The translations under genes and the position numbers were made by a program. The notes under the pieces were generated by a model. That model was not told the DNA's origin and did not search any database. It was given only the letters and a program-made list of their open reading frames with translations. DNA of 64,000 nt from an uncultured Eubacteriales bacterium (GTDB lineage Bacteria > Bacillota > Clostridia > Christensenellales > Aristaeellaceae), in NCBI GenBank assembly GCA_900317565.1, contig ONHI01000001.1, positions 7,934-71,933 of the forward strand, given 5' to 3'. Shown piece after piece: positions 55,158 through 64,000 of the stretch. Positions within the stretch are counted from its first letter, which is position 1. Every line of letters begins with the position of its first letter.

Positions 55158-58037
55158 TTGAAAAAAAAGGCATCCGAAATAAGGAATAGGGATTCTGAAA
55201 TGCTCAGGAAGATGAAGGATGATATCTCTTCGGAGGCGGACAGGATCAGAAGCAATCGCGTCCGGTCCGACAGCGGCCTGGAGGCGCGGGAGGATGTTCG
55301 CGGTACGCGGCTCAGCATCGAAGCACTGATGGCGCTCGACGATATACGCTTCATCGAGGCCGCCTATCAGAAGCTGCTGCTCAGGGATGCGGATGCCGAC
55401 GCGGCGTCGGAACTCCTGGCCCAGCTGCGCAGCGGGGAAATCACCAAGGAGCAGCTTCTGTTCAACCTGTCCAATACGGATGAGGGCAGAAAATGCCACG
55501 TGAGCGTGGAAGGCTTCATATTGTCGGAGCCGAAGGCGGAGTGGTTTGGAATACTGGAGGAAAACACGTTCATCGAAGCCCTGTTCGTGTGGCTGTTGGG
55601 GCGCCAGGCGGATGAAGGCGCCAAGGCAAATCTGCGCAAGCAGCTGGAATCCGGCATGACGAAGGCAGATGTTTTTGACGCGATCGTCAATTCCGCCGAG
55701 CGCAAAAAGGCGCTGAGGATGTTGAGCCTTCAAAGGGAGGAAAGCGCTCCCGGACGCAGCGTTCGATATGAGGACCTCGTGCAGCCCGACGACGCTGATT
55801 TTATTGAAAACGCCTATCGCCGTCTGCTGCTGAGGGATGCCGTCGATATCGGGGCGGTGGAATTCCTGCTCAGCTTGCGTCGCGGCACGAAATCCAAGAG
55901 CAGGATACTGTTTGAACTGAGCCTGTCCGAAGAGGGCAGAAGGGCGGATGTATACATCGAAAACGCACTGTACGGAGAAGCCGACCTGTCCAATCTTGCC
56001 TCGGTCAAGGGCTCCGATTTCATCCGGTGCGCATTCATGTGGCTGCTGAACCGGGGGGCGACCCAGGATGAGAACAGCCACTTCCTGTCCCTCATGCGCC
56101 AGGGTGTGTCCAAGCGGCGCATACTGGAGGAGATTCAAAGGATCCCTGCGGCTTCGGCGCGCGCGGCGGAGAACGATGCGATCCGCGCCACGGTCCACGA
56201 CGCGCCCGAGGAGGAGGGCGTGATCGGTGCGCTGGCCCGTCGCGAGGCGGATTCGGCGCTTCACAGTGCCGTGAATGCCTTCAAGCTCAGAGAGGAGTTC
56301 AGCCGCACGCGGTACTTCGCCACGCGGGACGCCTTCGATATCATCGAGATCAAGAGGCGCGTGAACCGCATCGAGAGCAGCATCTCCGCGACGCAGGATC
56401 GGATTGACGGATTGTGCCGCCAGGTGACCGAGAGCGTTGATGAAATGCGCCGGGAGACGACGCAGGCGATCGAGAGCGCGATGGATCGATTGGGCGATAT
56501 TGTCACCGGGTTGAGGCAGCAGATGGAGGCCGCCATCACCGAGACGCAGATCAGCACGACCGAGAGGCTGACCGATCTGGGCGCTCAGATAGCCTCGGAG
56601 GCGCGCTTTTCCCGGGAAAGCCGCTCGGGCATCGATGCGCTCAATACGGGCCTCGCGGCGATCCGGCAGAGCATGGATGAGAGCCGGCGGATGCTGGAGG
56701 AAGCGCGACAGGGCCTGGCAGCGGTCGAGCAGAATGCACAGGCCGACCGGCAACTGACGCAGCAGACCCGATCCGACCTGGAGCAGACCCGGTCCGATCT
56801 GGCGCAGACCCTTGAGAATGAGCGTCAGCGGATTCGTGAGCAGCTCGATGACAAGGCGAGCGCTTCCGTGGTCGATAAGATGACGGAGGATATTGGCGCG
56901 GTTTCCAGGGAGGTCATGCTCGCAAAGTGGAAGCTCATCGACCACCTGCGCAAGGATACGGAACTGCCGAGCGACGTGCTGGTGTGCAATGTGTGCGGCA
57001 GTTCGCGTCAGCGCTCCGAATACAAGACCATGGAGTCGGATTGCATATTCAACGGCGGACACCTGACGCGCTATATCTGCCCGGAGTGCGGCGTGGTATT
57101 CGGGCCTTCCAAGTTCGTCGATCAGGGCCAGAAGGGCATCGACGAGGACTATTGGGTCCACTACCTCGGCTTCTCGGAGGGCGATTCCGAATACAAGGAG
57201 GAACGCGCGTTCCGACTGCTGGAGCCCAGGAAGGACAAGGTATACCTGGACTACGGCTGCGGGAAGTGGTCCAAGACGCTGCAAAAGCTGCGCGCCGAGG
57301 GCTACAATGTGTATGGATATGAGCCCTATGCGCCGGAGATGGACAATCCGTATATGATCACGCGCAAGGAAGACCTGGTTCGCATGCGCTTTGACGGCAT
57401 CTTCTCCAACGATGTACTGGAGCACTTCGTCGATCCCGTCGAGGACATGAAGTTCATGGCGTCGCTGCTGATGGACGAAAAATCCAGGATGGCGCACTGC
57501 ACCGCTTGCTATGTCTACAGGTATGAGTATACGCGCTTCCACACGCACTTCTTCCTGGGCAATTCCGTGAATGTCCTGGCCGAAAAGGCGGGGCTGAACG
57601 TCACCGGCTATGTGAACGACCTGGAGGACAATGATTTCATCTGCTATATCTATGCGCCGAAGCAGGTCGAGGTCAAGCAGGACTTCCTCGATCGCGTCAT
57701 CGGCCTGAATCAGACGGAGCGGCACGGAAGCGCGCTGAGGATCTATGAAGGCGGAAGGATGTGCGGTCCCTATTACACCCTGCCCGCCGGCGCATACAGC
57801 GCGCAGCTGCACATTGAAGATCTGTCGGGCGAAGCTGAACAGGTCGCGGATTACAAGATAACCGCGGAAAAGGGCAACAAGCTCATCGCGCAGGGCAAGC
57901 TGAAGCGCGGGGACAATAAGCTCAGGTGGCACAGCGAGTGCAGGGTCGATGATTTTGAGCTCGTGGTTACGGCGACGAGCGACATGGAAATCGACAAGCT
58001 GATCGTGGAAAAGACAGAGGGCCGGGGGAATAGGTGA
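55158..58037 (+). CDS. Multidomain DUF4214-repeat / coiled-coil / zinc-ribbon / class I SAM methyltransferase protein
   Basis: Four FI(E/R)xxxxxLLxR(D/G/Q)A repeats. Approx. 250-aa heptad-rich segment. CNVCG...CPECG. Methyltransferase motifs VYLDYGCGKW and FDGIFSNDVLEHF. TTG start (ATG 55200 is an alternative). Confidence 0.8.
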   Translation: MKKKASEIRNRDSEMLRKMKDDISSEADRIRSNRVRSDSGLEAREDVRGTRLSIEALMALDDIRFIEAAYQKLLLRDADADAASELLAQLRSGEITKEQLLFNLSNTDEGRKCHVSVEGFILSEPKAEWFGILEENTFIEALFVWLLGRQADEGAKANLRKQLESGMTKADVFDAIVNSAERKKALRMLSLQREESAPGRSVRYEDLVQPDDADFIENAYRRLLLRDAVDIGAVEFLLSLRRGTKSKSRILFELSLSEEGRRADVYIENALYGEADLSNLASVKGSDFIRCAFMWLLNRGATQDENSHFLSLMRQGVSKRRILEEIQRIPAASARAAENDAIRATVHDAPEEEGVIGALARREADSALHSAVNAFKLREEFSRTRYFATRDAFDIIEIKRRVNRIESSISATQDRIDGLCRQVTESVDEMRRETTQAIESAMDRLGDIVTGLRQQMEAAITETQISTTERLTDLGAQIASEARFSRESRSGIDALNTGLAAIRQSMDESRRMLEEARQGLAAVEQNAQADRQLTQQTRSDLEQTRSDLAQTLENERQRIREQLDDKASASVVDKMTEDIGAVSREVMLAKWKLIDHLRKDTELPSDVLVCNVCGSSRQRSEYKTMESDCIFNGGHLTRYICPECGVVFGPSKFVDQGQKGIDEDYWVHYLGFSEGDSEYKEERAFRLLEPRKDKVYLDYGCGKWSKTLQKLRAEGYNVYGYEPYAPEMDNPYMITRKEDLVRMRFDGIFSNDVLEHFVDPVEDMKFMASLLMDEKSRMAHCTACYVYRYEYTRFHTHFFLGNSVNVLAEKAGLNVTGYVNDLEDNDFICYIYAPKQVEVKQDFLDRVIGLNQTERHGSALRIYEGGRMCGPYYTLPAGAYSAQLHIEDLSGEAEQVADYKITAEKGNKLIAQGKLKRGDNKLRWHSECRVDDFELVVTATSDMEIDKLIVEKTEGRGNR

Positions 58038-59098
58038 TGAGCATGCAAATTGTCATCCTGCGCCGGAGTGTGGGTCAACGCGACGCCATCGACAGGGAGA
58101 TCGAGAGGATGCATGCAATACTGCGTCCCAAATACAACTGCCGGGTGTTCGCGGAGGAGCGGCACAACCCAAACGTGTCGTATATAGCGCGCGGCGAATT
58201 CGAAGAGCTGGCCGCTGTGCCCGATCTGCTGCTGGTTTGCTATCCGGAGGCGGATTGGAAATTCGGGATCGAGGCGATGCGCCGCGCCAAGGGCAAGGTC
58301 GTCGTCAGGTGCTGTGCCGGGAGCGAAGCCGCGAAGCAGGGCGACGGGCAGAGTCTTGCCGAGGCAATCCACAAGGCGTGCCCCGGTGCCTATTGGCTCT
58401 GCGATTCCCGGACGGTTGCGGAGCAGCTGCCTTTGGGTCCCGCCGGACGCACGGGCGTGTGTGCGATGCTTGGCCAGCTGTCCCGATGGGATGGCACGCT
58501 GCCCGACGAGGACAGCTTGGGCGACCTGATAGAGACCGATCGGGTCAACATCCTGGCGGTGGGCGGCCCGGGCCCCGATGGGAGGCTGCATGAGCTGCTG
58601 GATGTTGCGTGCACTTACTGCGACAGCTATTCCGCAAATATCGCGTTCGACATCGTCGAAAGCATTGACGCTGAAACGCGGGAATATCGGGAAGCGGTTC
58701 AGACCAGGATCCGCTCATATGGCATTGAGGACCAGGTGGCGTTTGTTGAACCGGACGACGCGGCCGCGATGATGGCCTGCTTGCTCGGGTGCGACGCGCT
58801 GCTGTATCTGGCTCCGGATGGGGAGAGCGTCGATGCGCTGATTGCGGCGCAGCGCGCGGGTCTGCCGGTGATTGCCCTGAAGACGGACTATACCGCTGAG
58901 CTTCTGGGAAGCGATCAGCTGTGCCTTCAGGATGATATCTGCCTGCTCACGGCGGCAATCAGGCAGATTGCGGAGAGCGAGGCCTACAGGCGATGCCTCA
59001 GAAAAGCCGGCTGGGCCAATTACGAGCGACGGTTTTCCGATGCGCAGCTTCAAAAGCGCTTCCTGGAAGCGATCGAAGAAGCCGCGGCTGCCATCTGA
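58034..59098 (+). CDS. Divergent GT-B (GT4-like) protein with a degenerate catalytic motif
   Basis: C-terminal LYLAPDGESVDALIAAQRAGLPVIA occupies the position of the E-x7-E motif, but the second Glu position is Gln. Start overlaps the upstream stop. Confidence 0.55.
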   Translation: MMSMQIVILRRSVGQRDAIDREIERMHAILRPKYNCRVFAEERHNPNVSYIARGEFEELAAVPDLLLVCYPEADWKFGIEAMRRAKGKVVVRCCAGSEAAKQGDGQSLAEAIHKACPGAYWLCDSRTVAEQLPLGPAGRTGVCAMLGQLSRWDGTLPDEDSLGDLIETDRVNILAVGGPGPDGRLHELLDVACTYCDSYSANIAFDIVESIDAETREYREAVQTRIRSYGIEDQVAFVEPDDAAAMMACLLGCDALLYLAPDGESVDALIAAQRAGLPVIALKTDYTAELLGSDQLCLQDDICLLTAAIRQIAESEAYRRCLRKAGWANYERRFSDAQLQKRFLEAIEEAAAAI

Positions 59099-59113
59099 TA
59101 CGAGGACGGAGGA

Positions 59114-60310
59114 ATGCTTGTGGGTAGAAAGACAATGCTCTATGCCAGCCCGCTGCCGCCTGTTCCCAGCGGCATTTCGGATTATTCGGCTGTCCTGGTG
59201 CGGGAGCTGTCCAAGGATTACGACATCACCCTGTACATCGAGGATTACGATGTGGAGGATCCCTGGCTGCGGCGGCTTCCCAAGCTGCGCTATGGCATTG
59301 ATCGCGTCGATTGGGACAGCTTTGACTATTGCGTCTACAACATGGGGAATCATTCCGGCTTTCATTCGTATATCTATGAAACGGCTCTGCAACATCCCGG
59401 AATGGTCATACTGCACGACATAAGCCTGTTTGATTTCCTGCGCGGATATTACAGCGACAGAGGTCAGCTGTACTCCAAGGTGTTCCAGGTGGGCGGCGCA
59501 GCTTGCCTGCAGGAGTTGAAGGAGGCGTTGAAGAGCGGTGAGATCGCCCAGAGAGGCACCCGCCTCGCGCTGGAATATCCCCTGAATCGCGAGCTCATCG
59601 AATCCGGCAACAAGATCATGGTCCATTCGGAATTCGGACGCAGAATGGTGCTGTCCGGTGGCCGGATCGCCCCCGAACAGGTGCGGAAGATCAGCCAAAT
59701 CGCGCCGATCCTGGATGGCGAGGCGCCATCGGGCTCCAAGCGCGTGCTGCGCGGCAAGTATGGGATCCCGCAGGACGCGCTGATGATCGCATCGTTTGGC
59801 ACCATACTGGACAAGAAGCTGAACCGGGAGATCGCGACGGCGGTGAAGAACCTGGCGCGCGAAGGCGGGCGAAAGCTGTGCTATGTCATGGTGGGCGAGG
59901 GACATTATGCGGATGATCTGTTGGAAAGGAATCTGGTGATCAAGACGGGCTTCACCCCGCTGGACGAATTTAACGGCATGATCGATTGCGCGGACATCGT
60001 CGCCAATATGCGCAACCCCTCCCACGGCGAGACCTCCGCGGCCATGCTGCGCATCCTGCAGAAGGGAAAGCCCTGCATCACCAACGACGGCGGATGGTTC
60101 ACGGAGATCCCCGACGATTGTGTTTGCAAGGTGGCCCTGGAGAATGTGGAGAATAACATCGAGAGGGCTTTGCGCGAGCTGATCCGGAACGCAGGCAAAC
60201 GGGAAGAACTGGGAAAGAACGCCATGCGCTACGTGCGGGACAATTGCGCACCGGAGAAGATACGCAGGGAAATTGGCCGATTCCTGGCCGGGAATCAGGC
60301 CTTGACATAG
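59114..60310 (+). CDS. Glycosyltransferase family 4
   Basis: MLYASPLPPVPSGISDYSAVLVREL...NMRNPSHGETSAAMLRILQKGKPCI. Similar to the C-terminal half of the next gene. Confidence 0.75.
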   Translation: MLVGRKTMLYASPLPPVPSGISDYSAVLVRELSKDYDITLYIEDYDVEDPWLRRLPKLRYGIDRVDWDSFDYCVYNMGNHSGFHSYIYETALQHPGMVILHDISLFDFLRGYYSDRGQLYSKVFQVGGAACLQELKEALKSGEIAQRGTRLALEYPLNRELIESGNKIMVHSEFGRRMVLSGGRIAPEQVRKISQIAPILDGEAPSGSKRVLRGKYGIPQDALMIASFGTILDKKLNREIATAVKNLAREGGRKLCYVMVGEGHYADDLLERNLVIKTGFTPLDEFNGMIDCADIVANMRNPSHGETSAAMLRILQKGKPCITNDGGWFTEIPDDCVCKVALENVENNIERALRELIRNAGKREELGKNAMRYVRDNCAPEKIRREIGRFLAGNQALT

Positions 60311-60320
60311 GAAGGGTTGT

Positions 60321-62687
60321 TTGATTATGAGGATACTAATTGACGGGCAGACCTTTGAATCCCCTGAAATCGACCGGGGCATTGGCGTATACACCAAGAA
60401 CGTCATCAACCGCATGATAAACCAGAGCTATGAGCATGAATGGTATATCGCGGTATCCAATACAAGAAACCTGAAGAAGCTGAATCCCTGGGCGCAGAGC
60501 CAGCTGCGCGTGATCGTCTCGGATGAATTCAATCCGGGCAGCGACTATGAGCGCAACCGCGCCTATACGGACCGGCTCCAGGAGATCATAGACGAGCACA
60601 ACATCGATGCGCTGTGGATACCCAATCCCCTGATGGTGAACGTGCTCTTCCTGGCCGAGGCGGTATCCTGTCCGACCTTCGTGACGATATACGATATCAT
60701 TCCTCACATCTTCCCGATCAAGGAATGGCCGGAGCCGATCACGAGCGAGTACCAGCGCAGGCTCGGCATGATCAAGGCGGAGAAGAACATCAACCTGGTG
60801 ATGATCTCCGAGGCCACCCGGAAGGATTGGGTGGAGAACCTGAACGACACCAGGAGCAACATGGCGGTGACACTGCTCTCCGCCGATCCCCGGCTTTTCT
60901 ATGCGCCGCGCACCAAGAAGACGTCGGACGAGCCCTATATCCTGTTTACGGGCGGTTTTGACTATCGCAAGAACATCGACGGCGCGATCGAGAGCTTCGC
61001 GCTGGCGCGGAAGAAGCACGCCAAGGACGCGGATTTCCTCAAGTACAGGCTTGTCATCGTCGGAAAGTACGACCAGCCCACCAAGGAGAAGTATGAGGAT
61101 TTCATCGACGGCAAAGGATTGACCGGCCACGTGGAATTGACCGGCTTTGTTTCCGACGCGCGCCTGGCACAGCTGTATCAGGAGGCGGATATCTTCTTCT
61201 TCCCCTCCAAGTACGAGGGCTTCGGCCTGCCGCTGCTGGAGGCCATGCTGGCGGGCGATTTCGTGGTCAGTGCGGACAACTCCTCACTCCCCGAGGTGTG
61301 CGGCGGGCTGGCCGAGCTGTTCAATGCGGACAAGATGGACCAGATGGCCGAGGCGCTGTATCGCGGCTACACCAAGCACAAGGCGGAGACGACGGCGGAC
61401 ATGCGCCGCCGGCAGGACTACGCGCTGGGCTTCAGCTGGAGCAAGACGGCCAGGGAGACCCTGGAAATGATCGAGCGCTGTGCGATGCCCGGGATCGAGG
61501 ACGGCAAGCGGCCCAGTCTGGCGCTGTTTTCCCCTTGGCCAAACCAAAAGACAGGCATTGCCAATTACGTGGTTAAGCTGACTCCATTCCTGAAGAAGTA
61601 TTTTGACATCACGATTTTTACGACGGCGGAGGGAAAGGAAATCCAGAAGCTGGATGGCGTGCCGGTCAGGAACATCCAGGACTTCGCCAAGTCGCAGAAG
61701 AAGTTTGACTACAAGCTGTACCAGATCGGCAACAACGAGGCCTTCCACAAGGAGATATTCAACATACTTGAGGAGGAGGGCGGCATTGCCGAGGTTCACG
61801 ATTTCATACTGACCGCCTTCTTCTATATCAGTTATTTCAAGAAGGGCGAGCAGGAGCACTTCAGGGAGCTGCTGGAGGCGGGTTATGGCGCAGACGCCGG
61901 CTCGGATTTCTATGAGCAAACGCTGAAGCTTGGCAACCACCCGGATATCTTCGATTGCCCCATGGCGCATTCCGTGGTGGCCAAGGCGCAGAAGACGATC
62001 TTCCATAACCACTGGTGTACGGACCAAATCGGGGACGAGTCAGTATATACAGTTCCTCATCCGTCCTTCCCAATGCCTCTGCCGGATAGGGATGTGATGG
62101 AGGGCAGTCGAAAGAAACTCCAGCGTCTCATTAAAAAAGGGAACAAGGACGTGGTCGTGGGCTGCTTCGGCTGGGTCAACAACAATAAGCGCCCCCGCAT
62201 CGTCATCCAGGCGGTGCAGAAGCTGGTTGAAAAGGGATATAATGTCAAGCTGGCCTTCTGGGGAGAGAACGGGATCGAAGACCTGCCCGACTTCATCCGG
62301 GAATGCGGGCTGGAGAACCGGGCGTTTATTTCGGAATATTTAACCTGGAATGAATATTATGCGGCTCTGGAAATGTCGGATATCGTGGTAAACTTGAGAT
62401 ATCCCTCCATGGGGGAAGCGTCTGGTACGCTATGTGAGGCGTTCCAGGCGGGGAAGCCGGTAATCGTCAGTGAAATGAACCAATATCGGGAGTATCCGGA
62501 CGAGGTTTGCTGGAAGCTGCCCGTGGACGAGACGGAGGTCGACCTGCTCTGCGCCTACATCGCCCATCTGATCGACCATCCCAATGTCAGGCAATCGTTG
62601 GGGCAGAACGCAAGGGCCTATGCGAACTATGTGCTTGACCCCGCGCGCATTGCGAAGCAGTACTATCACATCATTACCGGAAAGTAG
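60321..62687 (+). CDS. Two-domain glycosyltransferase (tandem GT4 modules, WbdA-like architecture)
   Basis: Module 1: RILIDGQTFESPEIDRGIGVYTKN...FPSKYEGFGLPLLEAM. Module 2: LALFSPWPNQKTGIANYVVKL...NLRYPSMGEASGTLCEAFQAGKPVI. Confidence 0.85.
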   Translation: MIMRILIDGQTFESPEIDRGIGVYTKNVINRMINQSYEHEWYIAVSNTRNLKKLNPWAQSQLRVIVSDEFNPGSDYERNRAYTDRLQEIIDEHNIDALWIPNPLMVNVLFLAEAVSCPTFVTIYDIIPHIFPIKEWPEPITSEYQRRLGMIKAEKNINLVMISEATRKDWVENLNDTRSNMAVTLLSADPRLFYAPRTKKTSDEPYILFTGGFDYRKNIDGAIESFALARKKHAKDADFLKYRLVIVGKYDQPTKEKYEDFIDGKGLTGHVELTGFVSDARLAQLYQEADIFFFPSKYEGFGLPLLEAMLAGDFVVSADNSSLPEVCGGLAELFNADKMDQMAEALYRGYTKHKAETTADMRRRQDYALGFSWSKTARETLEMIERCAMPGIEDGKRPSLALFSPWPNQKTGIANYVVKLTPFLKKYFDITIFTTAEGKEIQKLDGVPVRNIQDFAKSQKKFDYKLYQIGNNEAFHKEIFNILEEEGGIAEVHDFILTAFFYISYFKKGEQEHFRELLEAGYGADAGSDFYEQTLKLGNHPDIFDCPMAHSVVAKAQKTIFHNHWCTDQIGDESVYTVPHPSFPMPLPDRDVMEGSRKKLQRLIKKGNKDVVVGCFGWVNNNKRPRIVIQAVQKLVEKGYNVKLAFWGENGIEDLPDFIRECGLENRAFISEYLTWNEYYAALEMSDIVVNLRYPSMGEASGTLCEAFQAGKPVIVSEMNQYREYPDEVCWKLPVDETEVDLLCAYIAHLIDHPNVRQSLGQNARAYANYVLDPARIAKQYYHIITGK

Positions 62688-62699
62688 TGTGAAGCACAG

Positions 62700-63881
62700 A
62701 TGAAACCCTACGCTTTTGTGATACCGTGGTATGGGGATGATATCCGGGGAGGCGCAGAATCCGAGTGCAACCAGCTCGCCCATCTGCTCAAATCGAAGGG
62801 CGTGCCGGTTGAGGTGCTGACCACCTGCGTCAAGCAGGCCTCGGATGACCGCGGCGCGAACACGCTGCCGGCCGGTGTGTTCGATGAATCCGGGATAAAG
62901 GTTCGCCGCTTTCCGGTCAAGCCCCAGAACATGGAGCGCCTGGTTCCCGCGAACCTGAAGCTCTTCCGCGGCGAGCCGACGACGCCCGAGGACGAGAGCG
63001 CCTATTTGCAGGAGGACATCAACAGCCCGGAGATGTATCGGTATATCCGGCAGCATCGCAGGGAATACGAATACTTCATCTTCCTGCCCTACCTCTACGG
63101 TCCGACCTACTTCGGCTCGCTGGAGTGTCCTGAAAACGCGGCGATCATGCCCTGCCTGCACGACGAAGGGTATGCGCACATGGAGCTCATGAAGGAGCGC
63201 ATGCGGCACTTCAAAAAGATGATGTTCCTCTCCAAGCCGGAAAGCGACCTGGCCCATGAGCTGTACGATCTGTCCGGCGTCGACAACATGGTGATGGGCG
63301 CCTATGTGGAATCCGGCTGGGAGAATGAGCTGCACCCGGACCGTTTCAGGCGAAAGTTCGACATTGATCAGCCGTTCATACTGTGCGCCGGAAGAAAGGA
63401 ACCGGGCAAAAAGACGGACATGCTGCTGGATTATTTCTGCCAATACAAGCGGCGGCGTCCCGAAAGCACGGTCAAACTGGTGTTTATCGGCGGCGGGGAG
63501 ATCGACATCCCGGCGGCGCATAGCGCCGATGTCTACGATCTGGGCTTTGTGAGCCAGCAGGACAAGCGCGACGCCTATGCGGCGGCGTATATGCTGTGCA
63601 ATCCCTCCTTTTTCGAGAGCTTCTCCATCGTCATCATGGAGAGCTGGCTGGCAAAACGGCCCGTGCTCGTCTCCGAGCAGTGCAAGGTCACGACCAACTT
63701 CTGCCAGGAAAACAACGGCGGGCTGTGGTTTGACAGCTATCCGGTCTTTGAAGGCTGCCTGGATTACATGCTTTCGCATCCCGCGCAGATGGAGCAAATG
63801 GGCAGGAATGGCGAAAAATATGTGAAGCAGCATTTTGTGGCAGAGGCGATCTACAAAAAGTTCAGGGGCTTTATGGGCTAG
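62700..63881 (+). CDS. Glycosyltransferase family 4
   Basis: YAFVIPWYGDDIRGGAESECNQLAHLL...NPSFFESFSIVIMESWLAKRPVLV. Confidence 0.85.
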   Translation: MKPYAFVIPWYGDDIRGGAESECNQLAHLLKSKGVPVEVLTTCVKQASDDRGANTLPAGVFDESGIKVRRFPVKPQNMERLVPANLKLFRGEPTTPEDESAYLQEDINSPEMYRYIRQHRREYEYFIFLPYLYGPTYFGSLECPENAAIMPCLHDEGYAHMELMKERMRHFKKMMFLSKPESDLAHELYDLSGVDNMVMGAYVESGWENELHPDRFRRKFDIDQPFILCAGRKEPGKKTDMLLDYFCQYKRRRPESTVKLVFIGGGEIDIPAAHSADVYDLGFVSQQDKRDAYAAAYMLCNPSFFESFSIVIMESWLAKRPVLVSEQCKVTTNFCQENNGGLWFDSYPVFEGCLDYMLSHPAQMEQMGRNGEKYVKQHFVAEAIYKKFRGFMG

Positions 63882-63964
63882 AGAGAGTGCCTGTTGGTAA
63901 TATGATTTGAATCGCGAGCCTCAACGGCAGTTATGTGATTCTTTATGAAAAGGGGCTATGTAAT

Positions 63965-64000
63965 ATGGGCAAAAAAAGGGAAAAACGTGCGATTCCTGTG
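63965..64000 (+). CDS. 5' end of an unidentified ORF running off the window
   Basis: ATG 63965 after aaaagggg. Only 12 codons (MGKKREKRAIPV) are visible. Confidence 0.25.
   Translation, partial: MGKKREKRAIPV

Overview
High-GC Firmicutes/Clostridia-like chromosomal segment. This is inferred from gene content and synteny (ECF S-component-coaX, recD2-comFC, yerC-pcrA, guaB). About 70 genes can be supported. No rRNA, tRNA, CRISPR-cas, transposase, integrase or phage genes were recognised. The window has four main parts. (1) 2.0-7.3 kb, minus strand: a compact eight-gene operon. It encodes a TetR regulator, an HPr-kinase-like P-loop protein, two short paralogous precursor-like peptides missed by the ORF track, a radical SAM/SPASM enzyme, a PqqD chaperone, an S24/S26 peptidase and a PF14907-type nucleotidyltransferase. 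I read this as a RiPP biosynthetic cluster that fits no characterised class, and it is the best candidate for a novel system here. (2) 7.4-21.3 kb: a GH94 phosphorylase, a 1535-aa secreted repeat protein with an extremely acidic tail, housekeeping genes, and a 75-bp tandem repeat array. (3) 21.3-31.4 kb: a Wzx-type glycan locus with 3-amino-3,6-dideoxyhexose genes and a frameshifted acyltransferase. (4) 40.1-64 kb: a large ABC-transporter-dependent polysaccharide locus. It carries an initiating phosphotransferase, manC-gmd-rmd for GDP-D-rhamnose, wzm/wzt with a Wzt C-terminal domain, about 11 GT4 domains in paralogous sets, and a 959-aa DUF4214/coiled-coil/methyltransferase protein that resembles a WbdD-type chain terminator. 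Smaller observations include a 25-bp tandem duplication that disrupts an XRE gene, a frameshifted partner gene, G-rich heptamer microsatellites, consensus promoters with palindromic operators, and a long untranslated leader. All calls come from reading the sequence and translations. No database search was run.
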